A stretch of DNA of 64,000 bases from an uncultured Actinomycetes bacterium (GCA_963784595.1 CAWARX010000002.1:34057-98056), one strand, 5' to 3'; shown: positions 52,593-61,869, numbered from the stretch's first letter. The notes: a model not told the origin generated them from the letters alone. A program made the numbers and translations.

Positions 52593-53803
52593 GTCGTCCC
52601 CCTTCCGTCGAAGAACTCTTGCACCTGCGCGATGACGAAGTCGAGCGTGTCGTCGTCGAGCGCGTGGCTCAGTGGCAGCAGCACGCCGCGTTCCATCACC
52701 GCGTCGGCGTGCGGGAGTCCGTCGGGCGGCACGCGGACCTCGACGCCGCCGAGCATGGGCTGACGGGTCACGTTGCCGGTCCAGACGGTGCGGGTGTCGA
52801 TGCCGCGGGCATCGAGGAACGCCTGGAGGTCGGCGCGCTCAAAGCCCGCGTCGGGCTGGATCATCAACGGATAGCCCAGCCACACGGTTTCGAGCTCGGC
52901 GAGCTGCACCGGGAGCGCGACCCGGTCGAGATGCTCGCGGAAGAAGTCGGTGTAGCGGGTGAAGTTGCGGCGACGCCGGGCCAGGTTCCCGGGCAGCTTC
53001 TCCAACTGCACGAGCCCGAACGCCGCGCCCAACTCCGACGGCTCGAAGTTCCACCCCAGCTCGTCGAAGATGAACTGGTTGTCGTAGTGGATCCCGTCGA
53101 GCGGTTCCCAGAAGTCGTGCTCGCGCCGCTTGGAGCCGAAGTAGTGGAGCTCGGACCGCCGGCCCCAGCGGCGCAGCATCACGGCGCGGTCGCGCAGGTC
53201 GTCGCGATCGGTCATCACCATCCCGCCGTTGCCCGCGCAGGTGATCACGTGCGAATTGGCGAAGCTGGTGACGCTGATGGTCGAGCGGGCACCGGTCGGC
53301 TCGCCCCGCAGGGTCGCCCCCAGCGTGTCGCACGAATCTTCGATGACCGGGAGGTCGTGGCGGTGCGCGAGCTCGCGCACCCGGTCCCAGTCGGGCGCGT
53401 TGCCGATGAGGTTGGGGAACAACAGCGCACCGGTGCGCGGCGTGATCATCTCCTCGATGCGGTCGACGTCGACGCAGTAGGTCAGCGGCTCGCAGTCGAC
53501 GAACGCGGGCACCCAACCGCCGCGCACGATGGGGGCGACGTCGGTCGAGAAGGTGAGCGCGCAGGTGACGATCTCGGCCCCGGGCTCGAGGTCGAGGAGC
53601 TCGAGCGCGAGGTACAGGGCCGACGAGCCCGAGTTGCACATGATGCCGTGCGCCTTGGCGTAGAGCGGGGCGATCGCCCGCTCCATCCTGACCACGCGCC
53701 GCCCCGGCCACAGTCCCTGGGGGCCGGAGCGCAACACCTCGACGACGGCCTCGACCTCGCGTTCGTCGTGCACGCTGGCGGAGTAGAAGACGCGATCCTC
53801 CAT
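52589..53803 (-). CDS. DegT/DnrJ/EryC1/StrS family enzyme, RfbH/ColD-like (PMP-dependent sugar 3-dehydratase-like; His in place of the PLP lysine)
   Basis: The frame of ORF 52589..54379 is used from the ATG at 53803 (ATGA overlap). Blocks: NSGSSALYLAL, IEDSCDTLG, SFANSHVITCAGNGG, LVQLEKLPGNLARRRRNF and GNVTRQP. Confidence 0.85.
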   Translation of the reverse strand: MEDRVFYSASVHDEREVEAVVEVLRSGPQGLWPGRRVVRMERAIAPLYAKAHGIMCNSGSSALYLALELLDLEPGAEIVTCALTFSTDVAPIVRGGWVPAFVDCEPLTYCVDVDRIEEMITPRTGALLFPNLIGNAPDWDRVRELAHRHDLPVIEDSCDTLGATLRGEPTGARSTISVTSFANSHVITCAGNGGMVMTDRDDLRDRAVMLRRWGRRSELHYFGSKRREHDFWEPLDGIHYDNQFIFDELGWNFEPSELGAAFGLVQLEKLPGNLARRRRNFTRYTDFFREHLDRVALPVQLAELETVWLGYPLMIQPDAGFERADLQAFLDARGIDTRTVWTGNVTRQPMLGGVEVRVPPDGLPHADAVMERGVLLPLSHALDDDTLDFVIAQVQEFFDGRGTT

Positions 53804-54584
53804 CAGGCCATCCATCTCCCGCCGTTGACGTCGAGCGTCTGGCCGGTGATCGAGCGGGCGCGCTCCGACGCCAGGAACACGACGGCATCCGCGACGTCGG
53901 CGGGCGCGGGGAGGCGCCGGAGCGCGGTGTCGGCCGCCATCTCCCCCTGCACCGCTTCGGGCGTGGTGCCCCGGCGTTCGGCCATGCGGGCGAACATGGT
54001 CTCGGTGTTCGGTCCGGGGACGAAGCCGGGCACGACGACGTTGACCCGGATCCCGTCGACGCCCACCTCGCGGGCCAGCGTCTGGGCGGCGATCGTGAGC
54101 GCGCCCTTGGTCGCCGCGTACGCGCCCTGCCCGGCGTTGATCGCCCGCACCGCCAGCGTCGACACCACGACGATGGCTCCGCCGCCGGCTGCCCGCAGGT
54201 GGGGCACGGCGGCGCGCATCAGCTCGAGTGGCCCGAGCACGTTGACCTGCCACGACTGCTGCCAGTCGGCAAGGTCGGACTTCATGATGGTGTGGTTCGG
54301 CGTGCCCTTCGCCGCGCTGCTCACGACGACGTCGACGCGCCCCAGCTCCTCGACCGTGCGCTCCACCAGGGCCCGGCACCGGGCGACGTCGCCGGTGTCG
54401 GTCGGCACCGCCAGCGCGCGTGCGCCGAGCGACTCCAGCTCCGCCACGACGTCGGCGAGGTACCCGGCAGCGACGCGCCGCGACGGCGACGTCGCACCCG
54501 TCGCGCGCCAGCGCGAGCCGCGGTCGATCGCCCGATCCCCGGACCGACCCCGGTCACGATCGCCACCCGGCGCGCCGCGGTCAT
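53803..54584 (-). pseudogene. SDR family oxidoreductase, with two +1 frame changes near the 5' end
   Basis: MTAARRVAIVTGVGPGIGR (ATG 54584, ORF 54321..54659), then LALARDGCDVAVAAR in a second frame, then AAGYLADVVAE...YAATKGAL...GQTLDVNGG in ORF 53803..54753. The switches lie at about 54515-20 and 54468-78. Confidence 0.75.
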
Positions 54585-55033
54585 GGACGCGCCGCGCTGA
54601 AGTCGTCCGCCATCCGGGCGAGCAGACGCGCCAGGTCCGAGAGGTCGTGAGCCCGCCACCCGGCCAGTGCCTCGGCCGTGGACTCCACCGACGCCGCCCG
54701 CAAGCGCCGGTAGGCGTCGCGGCCCTTCGGCGTGATCGACACGAGCACGGCACGCCCGTCGGAACCGTCGGCCCGGCGGGCCACGTAGCCGGCGACCTCG
54801 AGCGCGCGGAGCTCCCGGCTCACGAGGGTGCCGACCATCCCGGCCCGGCGGGCGATCGCCGACACCCGTTGCGGGCCCCCGCGGTCGAGCACGCCGAGCA
54901 CCCCCATCCCGGGAGCCGACACCTCGACACCGGCCCGGGCCGCCCGCCGACGGGCGGCGGTGACGCTGGAGCCGACACGCCCGATCCGACCCATCGACCG
55001 TTCGATCTGCTCGAGTGCCTCGGCCCGCCGCAC
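54581..55033 (-). CDS. MarR family transcriptional regulator
   Basis: 150 aa with a winged HTH (VSAIARRAGMVGTLVSRELRALEVAGYVAR). GTG start. ATGA overlap with the downstream SDR gene. Confidence 0.85.
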   Translation of the reverse strand: MRRAEALEQIERSMGRIGRVGSSVTAARRRAARAGVEVSAPGMGVLGVLDRGGPQRVSAIARRAGMVGTLVSRELRALEVAGYVARRADGSDGRAVLVSITPKGRDAYRRLRAASVESTAEALAGWRAHDLSDLARLLARMADDFSAARP

Positions 55034-55063
55034 GCCGCGGATCGTAGCCCAGCCCTTGCGGTC

Positions 55064-55093
55064 ACCGAACGGAGATCCATAACATTGTTCGGT
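55064..55093. promoter_or_regulatory. inverted repeat ACCGAAC-N16-GTTCGGT in the MarR/SDR divergent region (operator candidate)
   Basis: 7-bp perfect arms at 55064-70 and 55087-93. Confidence 0.35.
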
Positions 55094-55119
55094 ATCTGGC
55101 TCGAGGAGAGGGGACCGAC

Positions 55120-55917
55120 ATGGGACGGCTCGACAACCGCGTCGCGGTGATCACGGGTGCCGGCGACGGCATCGGCGCCGGCATGGCCCGGAGGTTCGCG
55201 GAGGAGGGCGCACGCGTCGTCGTCGCGGAGATGAACGAGGAGCGGGGCCGCGCCACAGCGGACGAGATCGCGGCGTCCACCGGTGCCGAGACGCTCTTCG
55301 TCCCCACCGACGTCCGCCGTAAGGAGGACAACCAGGCGATGATCGCTGCCGCGGTCGACGCCTGGGGCACCGTCGACATCCTCGTGAACAACGCGTGGGG
55401 CGGCGGCAAGATCAGCAGGGTCGAGCTCAAGACCGACGAGCTCATCGACCACGGCCTCGCGGTCGGGTTCCGCGGACCCCTGTGGGCGATGCAGACCGCG
55501 TTCCCGATCATGAAGGCGCAGGGCTACGGGCGCGTCGTGAACCTCTGCTCGCTCAACGGCGTGAACGCGCACATGGGCACGGTCGAGTACAACTCGGCCA
55601 AGGAGGCGTTGCGCGCGGCGACGCGCACCGCGGCGCGCGAATGGGCCGGCACCGGCGTCGTGTGCAACGTGATCTGCCCGGCTGCCAAGTCGGCGTCGTT
55701 CCGAGAGGTGATGGCCGAGCACCCCGAGCTGGTGGCGGCGGCCGACGCCAGCAACCCGATGGGCTACATCGGTGACCCCTACGACGACATCTCGCCGGTG
55801 GCGCTGTTCCTCGCCAGCGAGGACTGCCGGTACCTCACCGGCAACACCCTCTTCGTCGACGGCGGCAGCCACATCAACGGCTCGTCGTGGGCGCCCGACC
55901 TGCCCGACGAGCCGTAG
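55120..55917 (+). CDS. SDR family oxidoreductase
   Basis: TGAGDGIG, NNAW and YNSAK motifs. Confidence 0.9.
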   Translation: MGRLDNRVAVITGAGDGIGAGMARRFAEEGARVVVAEMNEERGRATADEIAASTGAETLFVPTDVRRKEDNQAMIAAAVDAWGTVDILVNNAWGGGKISRVELKTDELIDHGLAVGFRGPLWAMQTAFPIMKAQGYGRVVNLCSLNGVNAHMGTVEYNSAKEALRAATRTAAREWAGTGVVCNVICPAAKSASFREVMAEHPELVAAADASNPMGYIGDPYDDISPVALFLASEDCRYLTGNTLFVDGGSHINGSSWAPDLPDEP

Positions 55918-55943
55918 CCGCGGGTGCGGGCGTTCACGGCCGG

Positions 55944-56555
55944 TCACCGCTCGCCGAACAGCACGCGCACCGCGTCGTCGAGAATCGTCCGGACCGCTCG
56001 TGCGTCACGGTACCCCTTCATCCACTCGAGGATCGCGCTGTTCATCACGTGACCCAGCGTCTCGATCACCGCGAGGCGATCGGGGATCTCGTCGTCGCCC
56101 ACCGCGGTGTCGATCATCGACAGGTAGGCACCGCGGACGGAGATGCGGCTGTCGGTCACCTCGGGGGACAGCGCGTAGAAGGCGCGCATCATCGTGAGCG
56201 TCCGGACGCGGTCGCGCTCCAGCGCGGCCACGTAGTCGCCGAGCACGTGCCGCACCCGCGCCGCCACGGTCTTCCCGGCCGGCGCCCGACGGGCGAGCCG
56301 ATCCCGGAAGCGGGCCATGCGGTCGGCGTGGGCCTCGGCGATCAGCTGATCCTTCGAGCCGCCGAGGTGGTAGATCGTGGCCAACGACATGTGGGTCATG
56401 GTCGCCAGCTCCCGCATCGTCACCGCGTCGTATCCCTCGGCCGCCAGCTCGCGGGTCGCGGCGAGCAGCCGGACGTACCGGGGGTCGGACGGGCGATCGT
56501 CGACCTCGACGGTGGCCTGGGATCCCGTGACCGTTCGCGGGGCGCCCTCGATCAC
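55944..56555 (-). CDS. TetR/AcrR family transcriptional regulator
   Basis: The frame of ORF 55944..57110 is used from the GTG at 56555 (GTGA overlap). HTH region RLLAATRELAAEGYDAVTMRELATMTHMSLATIYHLGGSKDQL. Confidence 0.8.
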   Translation of the reverse strand: MIEGAPRTVTGSQATVEVDDRPSDPRYVRLLAATRELAAEGYDAVTMRELATMTHMSLATIYHLGGSKDQLIAEAHADRMARFRDRLARRAPAGKTVAARVRHVLGDYVAALERDRVRTLTMMRAFYALSPEVTDSRISVRGAYLSMIDTAVGDDEIPDRLAVIETLGHVMNSAILEWMKGYRDARAVRTILDDAVRVLFGER

Positions 56556-57328
56556 TTCATCATCCCCCCGGAGACCGAGAGGTCGTCGCCGGTGACGAAC
56601 GACGACGCGTCGCTCACGAGGTAGCAGACCGGCCCCACGATCTCGTCGGGGTCGGCGATGCGCTTCATGAACGTGCCGCCCGCCACGAGATCGAGGAACC
56701 CGGGCGCGGTCTTGGCGCCGCCTTCCATCATCTCGCTCATGAACGGGCCGGGGGACAGCATGTTCACCCGCACGTTCCACTTGGCCCAGTCCATGGCCAT
56801 GCTCTTGGTGACGTTGAGCAGCGCGGCCTTCGAGGCCCCGTACGCGCAGATGTTGCCGCCTCCCGAGTAGGCGGCCATGGTGCCGATGTTCACGATGCTG
56901 CCGCCGCCCTGGTCGCGCATGATCGGGAACACGCACTGGCTGGCGCGTAGCGGCCCCTCGACGTTCACCGCGAAGACCTTGCGCCAGTACTCGAGCGTCA
57001 TGTCGGCGGGGCCGATGCGAGCCGGATTGATGCCGGCGTTGTTCACCAACGCGTCGATGCGGCCGAAGCGCTCGTGCACCTGCTCGACGAACGCCGGGAT
57101 CGCGTCCCACTCCCCCATGTGGCAGGCGAGGGGGAACACGTCGGCGCCCGACGCCGCCTCGACCTCGCGGGCGACGGCTTCGCAGAGCTTTTGCCTGCGG
57201 CTGCTCACCACCACCGACGCGCCGGCGCGGGCGAGGCCTTCGACCATCGCCCGCCCGATGCCCTTGGTCGAGCCGGTGACGATCGCCACCTTGCCGCCGA
57301 GGTCGAACAGATCCGCGGTGGGCCGCAC
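56552..57328 (-). CDS. SDR family oxidoreductase
   Basis: The frame of ORF 56552..57610 is used from the GTG at 57328. TGSTKGIG, NNAG and YGASK motifs. Confidence 0.9.
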   Translation of the reverse strand: MRPTADLFDLGGKVAIVTGSTKGIGRAMVEGLARAGASVVVSSRRQKLCEAVAREVEAASGADVFPLACHMGEWDAIPAFVEQVHERFGRIDALVNNAGINPARIGPADMTLEYWRKVFAVNVEGPLRASQCVFPIMRDQGGGSIVNIGTMAAYSGGGNICAYGASKAALLNVTKSMAMDWAKWNVRVNMLSPGPFMSEMMEGGAKTAPGFLDLVAGGTFMKRIADPDEIVGPVCYLVSDASSFVTGDDLSVSGGMMK

Positions 57329-57400
57329 GGCTTCCCCCTCATCGTCGTTGTAGTAACGCGAGACTCTAGCGACGCGGCGCCAGCGTCCGCGGGCCGACCT

Positions 57401-57414
57401 GACAGACCGGTCCG
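57401..57414. promoter_or_regulatory. near-perfect palindrome ACAGACCGGTCCGT (TetR operator candidate)
   Basis: Core GACCGGTC. It lies in the divergent region between the SDR/TetR operon and the Zn-ADH gene. Confidence 0.3.
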
Positions 57415-57458
57415 TGACGTGCGAGCTTGGTCCGTTCCGGGTCCGAGGGGGAGAGCAC

Positions 57459-58529
57459 ATGACCGAGACGTGTCGAGCCGCGGTGTTCCTCGGGAACAGC
57501 ACGTACGAGGTGCGGGAGTTCCCGGTGCCCGATCCCCCGCCCGGCGGCGCCGTGCTGCAGGTCGAGGCGGTCGGCCTGTGCGGCAGCGACGTCGCCCAGT
57601 TCGAGGGCATCGAGATCGTGCCCGGCGCCTGCGCGTTCCCGGTGGTGCCCGGCCACGAGACGGTCGGCCGGGTCGTGAAGCTGGCCCCCGGCGCCGACCT
57701 CGGCGTGGCCGAAGGCGATCGGGTGGCGGTGAACGAGATCCTGCTCGCCCCCGGCGCGCCTCTGCGCCTCTACGGCTACTCCGACATGACCGGCGCCGGC
57801 GAGGTCGGGCTCTGGGGCGGCTACGGCGAGTACATGGAGATCTTCCCCGGCACCACCCTGCACCGGATGTCGAGCACGCCGCCGGCCGAGCACCTCACAC
57901 TGTTCGAGCCCCTCGCCAGCGCGGTCAACTGGGTCGACATCGTGGGGGTGCGCGAAGGCGAGACCGTCGTCGTGCAGGGCCCGGGCCACCAGGGCCTGGC
58001 GGTGCTCGAGGCGGTGCTGGCCCGCAAGCCGCGCCAGGTCGTGGTGACCGGCACGTCCGACGACGGCCTCCGCCTCGACGCGGCGAAGGCGATCGGGGCG
58101 TCGGCGGTCGTCATGGTCGACGTCGACGACGCGCGCACCGTCGTGCACGACCTCACGCGCGGTCTGGGCGCGGACGTGGTGTTCGACGTGGCGACCGCGA
58201 CCCAGACCGTGCCCCAGGCGGTCGACCTGGCCCGCAGCGGCGGCCGCATCCTGCTCGCGGGACTGAAGCACTTCGCCGAGATCCCCGGATTCGTCACCGA
58301 CCACATCGTGCTGAAGAGCCTCCAGCTCCACGGCGGCGCGGGCTTCACGCCCCAGTCCATGGCCGACGCGGTCGCGTTGATCGAGTCCGGCGCGGTGCGC
58401 ACCGACCTCGTCGCCGGCGAGGTGTTCGACCTCGACGGGATCGACGAGGCGATGGCGCTGCTCACCCGCCGCGATCCGGGACACGACGCGGTACGGGTCG
58501 GGCTGCGCCACGCGCACGGCGCCGGGTGA
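57459..58529 (+). CDS. zinc-dependent alcohol dehydrogenase family protein
   Basis: The frame of ORF 57414..58529 is used from the ATG at 57459. Motifs GLCGSD, GHETVGRV and GPGHQG. Confidence 0.85.
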   Translation: MTETCRAAVFLGNSTYEVREFPVPDPPPGGAVLQVEAVGLCGSDVAQFEGIEIVPGACAFPVVPGHETVGRVVKLAPGADLGVAEGDRVAVNEILLAPGAPLRLYGYSDMTGAGEVGLWGGYGEYMEIFPGTTLHRMSSTPPAEHLTLFEPLASAVNWVDIVGVREGETVVVQGPGHQGLAVLEAVLARKPRQVVVTGTSDDGLRLDAAKAIGASAVVMVDVDDARTVVHDLTRGLGADVVFDVATATQTVPQAVDLARSGGRILLAGLKHFAEIPGFVTDHIVLKSLQLHGGAGFTPQSMADAVALIESGAVRTDLVAGEVFDLDGIDEAMALLTRRDPGHDAVRVGLRHAHGAG

Positions 58530-58624
58530 CGGCGCCCTTCGGGCACCGCCTCGACGGCTACCTCTGATCACCACCCCACTTGCTCACCGCCACGTCCGGC
58601 GACCATGAACCACCGGGAACGCCC

Positions 58625-59981
58625 ATGCTGCTCACCATCGCCGAACGACGCGCCGCCGGTCGAGCCCTCCGCGAGGCCGTGCCCCACCACGCCCATGCGG
58701 ACCCTGGGCCGCCCCCCGACTCGCGCGATCCGATCGAATTCCTCGAACAGCAGGCCGAGTCGCGCCGAAGCGACCTCATCGCCGTGCGCCACGGCCGCAT
58801 GGCCGACAACCCCTTCGGCTTCCTGCGCGGCGCGGCGATGGGCATGGCCTATGACCTCTCGCCCACGCCCGTCACCGGCCTGCGCGTGCAGGCGTGCGGC
58901 GACGCGCACATCCGCAACTTCGGGAAGTTCGCCACGCCCGAGCGCAATGTGATCTTCTCCATCAACGACTTCGACGAGACGCTTCCCGCCCCGTGGGAGT
59001 GGGACGTGAAGCGCCTCGGCGCGAGCCTCTACCTCGTGGCCGAGCAGCACGGCTTCTCGCGCGCCAAGTGCGACGAGTCGGTGCTCACCACGGTACGGTC
59101 CTACCGCGAACGTCTGACGTGGTACGCGGGGATGCGAACCCTCGACCTGTGGTACGACCACACCACCATCGATGACGTGATCAAGCACTTCCCCAAGAAG
59201 GACCGCCCGCGCGTGCAGCGCGACGTCGACAAGGCCACTCGCAAGGACCATCGGCGCGCGGTGGCGCGTTACGCGAACACCGACGGCGGCCACGCGGTCT
59301 TCGTGGAGAACCCTCCGCTCGTGGTCCACCTCGACAACACCGGCCATGACCTCGAAGAGGTCGACCACATGCTCGACGACTACCGCGCCACGTTGAGCGA
59401 CGACCGCCGGCTCCTCCTCGACCGGTACCGCGTCGTCGACGTCGCGCACCGCGTCGGAGGGGTCGGGAGCGTCGGAACGCGGTGCTGGATTGCGCTCATG
59501 GAGGCCTCCGACCACCCCAAGGGCGATCGCATCATCCTCCAGGTGAAGGAAGCGCAGGCGTCGGTGCTCGAACCGTACGCCGGCCCCTCCGAGCTCGGCC
59601 ACCACGGGCGGCGCGTCGTCGCGGGCCAGCGACTCTCGCAGGGCGCCACGGACATCTTCCTCGGATGGTGCGAGGCTCCGAACACCGGGCGCCAGTACTA
59701 CGTGCGCCAGCTGTGGGACTTCAAGGGCCGTTCCGACCTCAACGCCATGAACCACCGCAACCTCACCTACCACGGCGCGCTGTGCGGCTGGGCGCTCGCC
59801 CGGGCGCACGCACGCACCGGCGACGCGGTGCAGATCGCCGCCTACCTCGGGGAGCCGCGACACCTTCGACCGCGCGGTCACCGCGTACTCGGCTGCGTAC
59901 GCGACAACGACGGTGCTGGACCACGCCGCCCTCGTCCAGGCGGTCGCGGAGGGCCGCCTCGAGGCCCGGTCGGGGATCTGA
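58625..59981 (+). pseudogene. DUF2252 domain-containing protein, with one +1 frame change near the 3' end
   Basis: From ORF 58580..60097, starting at the ATG at 58625. After GGGG at 59849-52 the sensible continuation (SRDTFDRAVTAYSAAYATTTVLDHAALVQAVAEGRLEARSGI, stop at 59979-81) is in the next frame. The annotated-frame tail is Arg/Gly junk. Confidence 0.8.
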
Positions 59982-60078
59982 GCCGCGGTGGCGCGGCGGG
60001 CAACGGCGAGCGGACACGCGGGCACCGCACCCGCAGGCGACCGGAGGGCAAGGAGCGCGGGAAGCTCACCGCCGGCGC

Positions 60079-60555
60079 TCACCGCACCGGGAGGTAGGGC
60101 GCACCCTGGAGGTCGTCGGCCAGCCGCACGAGGAGACGCCCGAGCTGGGCCTGCTCCGCACCCGTCCAGCCCGCGAGTGCCCGCTGCAGATGATCGGCGC
60201 GCACCGCCTCCACCTTGGCCACCAACGACTGCCCCCGCTTCGTGGCGACGACGAGCACCACGCTCCCCCGCCCCGCACCGTCGCGGCGCACGTAGCCGTC
60301 GGCCTCGAGCCGGTTCAGCTGGCGGCTGACGGCTCCGCCGTCGAGGCGGGCCAGGCGGGCGACCTCGCCGATCGGCCGCGCCGCGCCGTCGGCCAGGACG
60401 GCCAGGACGTCGACGCCCTGCTGGGTGACGTCGGCGCCGGCGGCGCCGACCATGCTGGCGAAGATCCGGCGGCTGCCGAGCAACCGCTGCATGCGCCCGA
60501 GCCCCGCCCGCAGCGTCGGATCGACGACCGGCTCCCGTTCTGTTGACTGAGTCAT
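60079..60555 (-). CDS. MarR family transcriptional regulator
   Basis: 158 aa with a winged HTH (IGEVARLARLDGGAVSRQLNRLEADGYVRR). Confidence 0.85.
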   Translation of the reverse strand: MTQSTEREPVVDPTLRAGLGRMQRLLGSRRIFASMVGAAGADVTQQGVDVLAVLADGAARPIGEVARLARLDGGAVSRQLNRLEADGYVRRDGAGRGSVVLVVATKRGQSLVAKVEAVRADHLQRALAGWTGAEQAQLGRLLVRLADDLQGAPYLPVR

Positions 60556-60572
60556 GACTCAGATGGTAGCCT
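60543..60572 (+). promoter_or_regulatory. promoter candidate for the amidohydrolase gene, with an embedded perfect 16-bp palindrome (MarR operator candidate)
   Basis: TTGACT (60543-48), an 18-nt spacer, then TAGCCT (60567-72), with the ATG 7 nt downstream at 60580. The palindrome CTGAGTCATGACTCAG spans 60547-62 and covers the MarR ATG at 60555. Confidence 0.5.
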
Positions 60573-60579
60573 GGATCGC

Positions 60580-61812
60580 ATGACGAGCACGCTGACCCCA
60601 CCCGCGACCGGCCGCACGACGACGGATCGGTACACCATCATCTCCTCGGACTGCCACGCCGGCGCCAACCACGCCACCTACCGCGAGTACCTCACCAAGG
60701 AGTGGCAGGAGGAATTCGACGCCTGGCGCGGCAAGTACTCGAACCCCTTCCGCGACCTTCAGGACGACGGGCGCAGCCGCAACTGGGACGACGAGCGCCG
60801 CGTCGCCGACCTGCACGCCGACGGGATCGTCGCCGAGGTCACGTTCCCCAACACGGTGCCGCCGTTCTTCCCCACCGGCGCGGTGATCGCGGCCGCGCCG
60901 ACGCCCGACAACTACGAGCGCCGCCTCGTCGGCATCCGTGCCCACAACCGCTGGCTGGTCGACTTCTGCAACGAGCGTCCGGGCCAGCGGGCCGGGCTCG
61001 CGCAGATCTTCCTCAACGACGTCGACGACGCGGTTGCGGACATCCACTGGGCGAAGGAGCACGGCCTCCACAGCATCCTGCTGCCGGCAGTCGCGCCGAA
61101 CTCCCACCTCGCCCCGCTCTACGCGCCGGAGTACGACCCGGTCTGGCGGGCCTGCGAGGAGACCGGGCTCCCCGTCACCGCGCACTCGGGCGGGACCGGC
61201 ATGCCGAACTTCGGCAAGTACCCGATCGCCAACCTGGTGTTCGTGCTCGAGTCGTCGTTCTACTCCAACCGCTCGCTGTGGCATCTCCTCATGTCGGGTG
61301 TCTTCGAGCGCTTCCCGACGATGAAGTTCGCCATGACCGAACAGGGCAGCGCGTGGGTCCCGGACCTCCTCGAGCGGCTCGACAACCTGCACGCGCAGAT
61401 GGTGCGCGACGGCCGTATCGGCGAGCTCGGCCTCGAGGCCGACGTGATCCTGCCGCTCAAGCCGTCGGAGTACTTCAAGCGCCAGGTGTACATCGGCGCC
61501 AGCTTCCCGAGCCCGTCCGACGCCGCCGTCTTCCACGAGATCGGCCTCGACCACGTGATGTGGGGGAGCGACTACCCCCACCACGAGGCGTGCTGGCCCT
61601 ACAGCCGGGAATCGTTGCGGCGCACGTTCTCGGGCTGGAACGAGGCCGACCTGCGCCAGGTGCTCGCGGGCACCGCGGCTTCGGTCTACGGCTTCGACCT
61701 CGACCTCCTGGCGCCCATCGCCGCGGCGGTCGGGCCGAGCGTCGCCGAGCTGGCCACGCCCCTCGACGAGATCCCGCCCGACGCGACCAGCCCGTCGTTC
61801 CACCGCGCCTGA
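60580..61812 (+). CDS. amidohydrolase family protein (amidohydrolase_2)
   Basis: 410 aa. N-terminal SSDCHAG and C-terminal GSDYPHHE. Confidence 0.85.
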   Translation: MTSTLTPPATGRTTTDRYTIISSDCHAGANHATYREYLTKEWQEEFDAWRGKYSNPFRDLQDDGRSRNWDDERRVADLHADGIVAEVTFPNTVPPFFPTGAVIAAAPTPDNYERRLVGIRAHNRWLVDFCNERPGQRAGLAQIFLNDVDDAVADIHWAKEHGLHSILLPAVAPNSHLAPLYAPEYDPVWRACEETGLPVTAHSGGTGMPNFGKYPIANLVFVLESSFYSNRSLWHLLMSGVFERFPTMKFAMTEQGSAWVPDLLERLDNLHAQMVRDGRIGELGLEADVILPLKPSEYFKRQVYIGASFPSPSDAAVFHEIGLDHVMWGSDYPHHEACWPYSRESLRRTFSGWNEADLRQVLAGTAASVYGFDLDLLAPIAAAVGPSVAELATPLDEIPPDATSPSFHRA

Positions 61813-61869
61813 AGCCGGGCACCGGGGCCGCCTTGGGGCAGGACACCACACCGGCGGTAGCGTCGGGCC

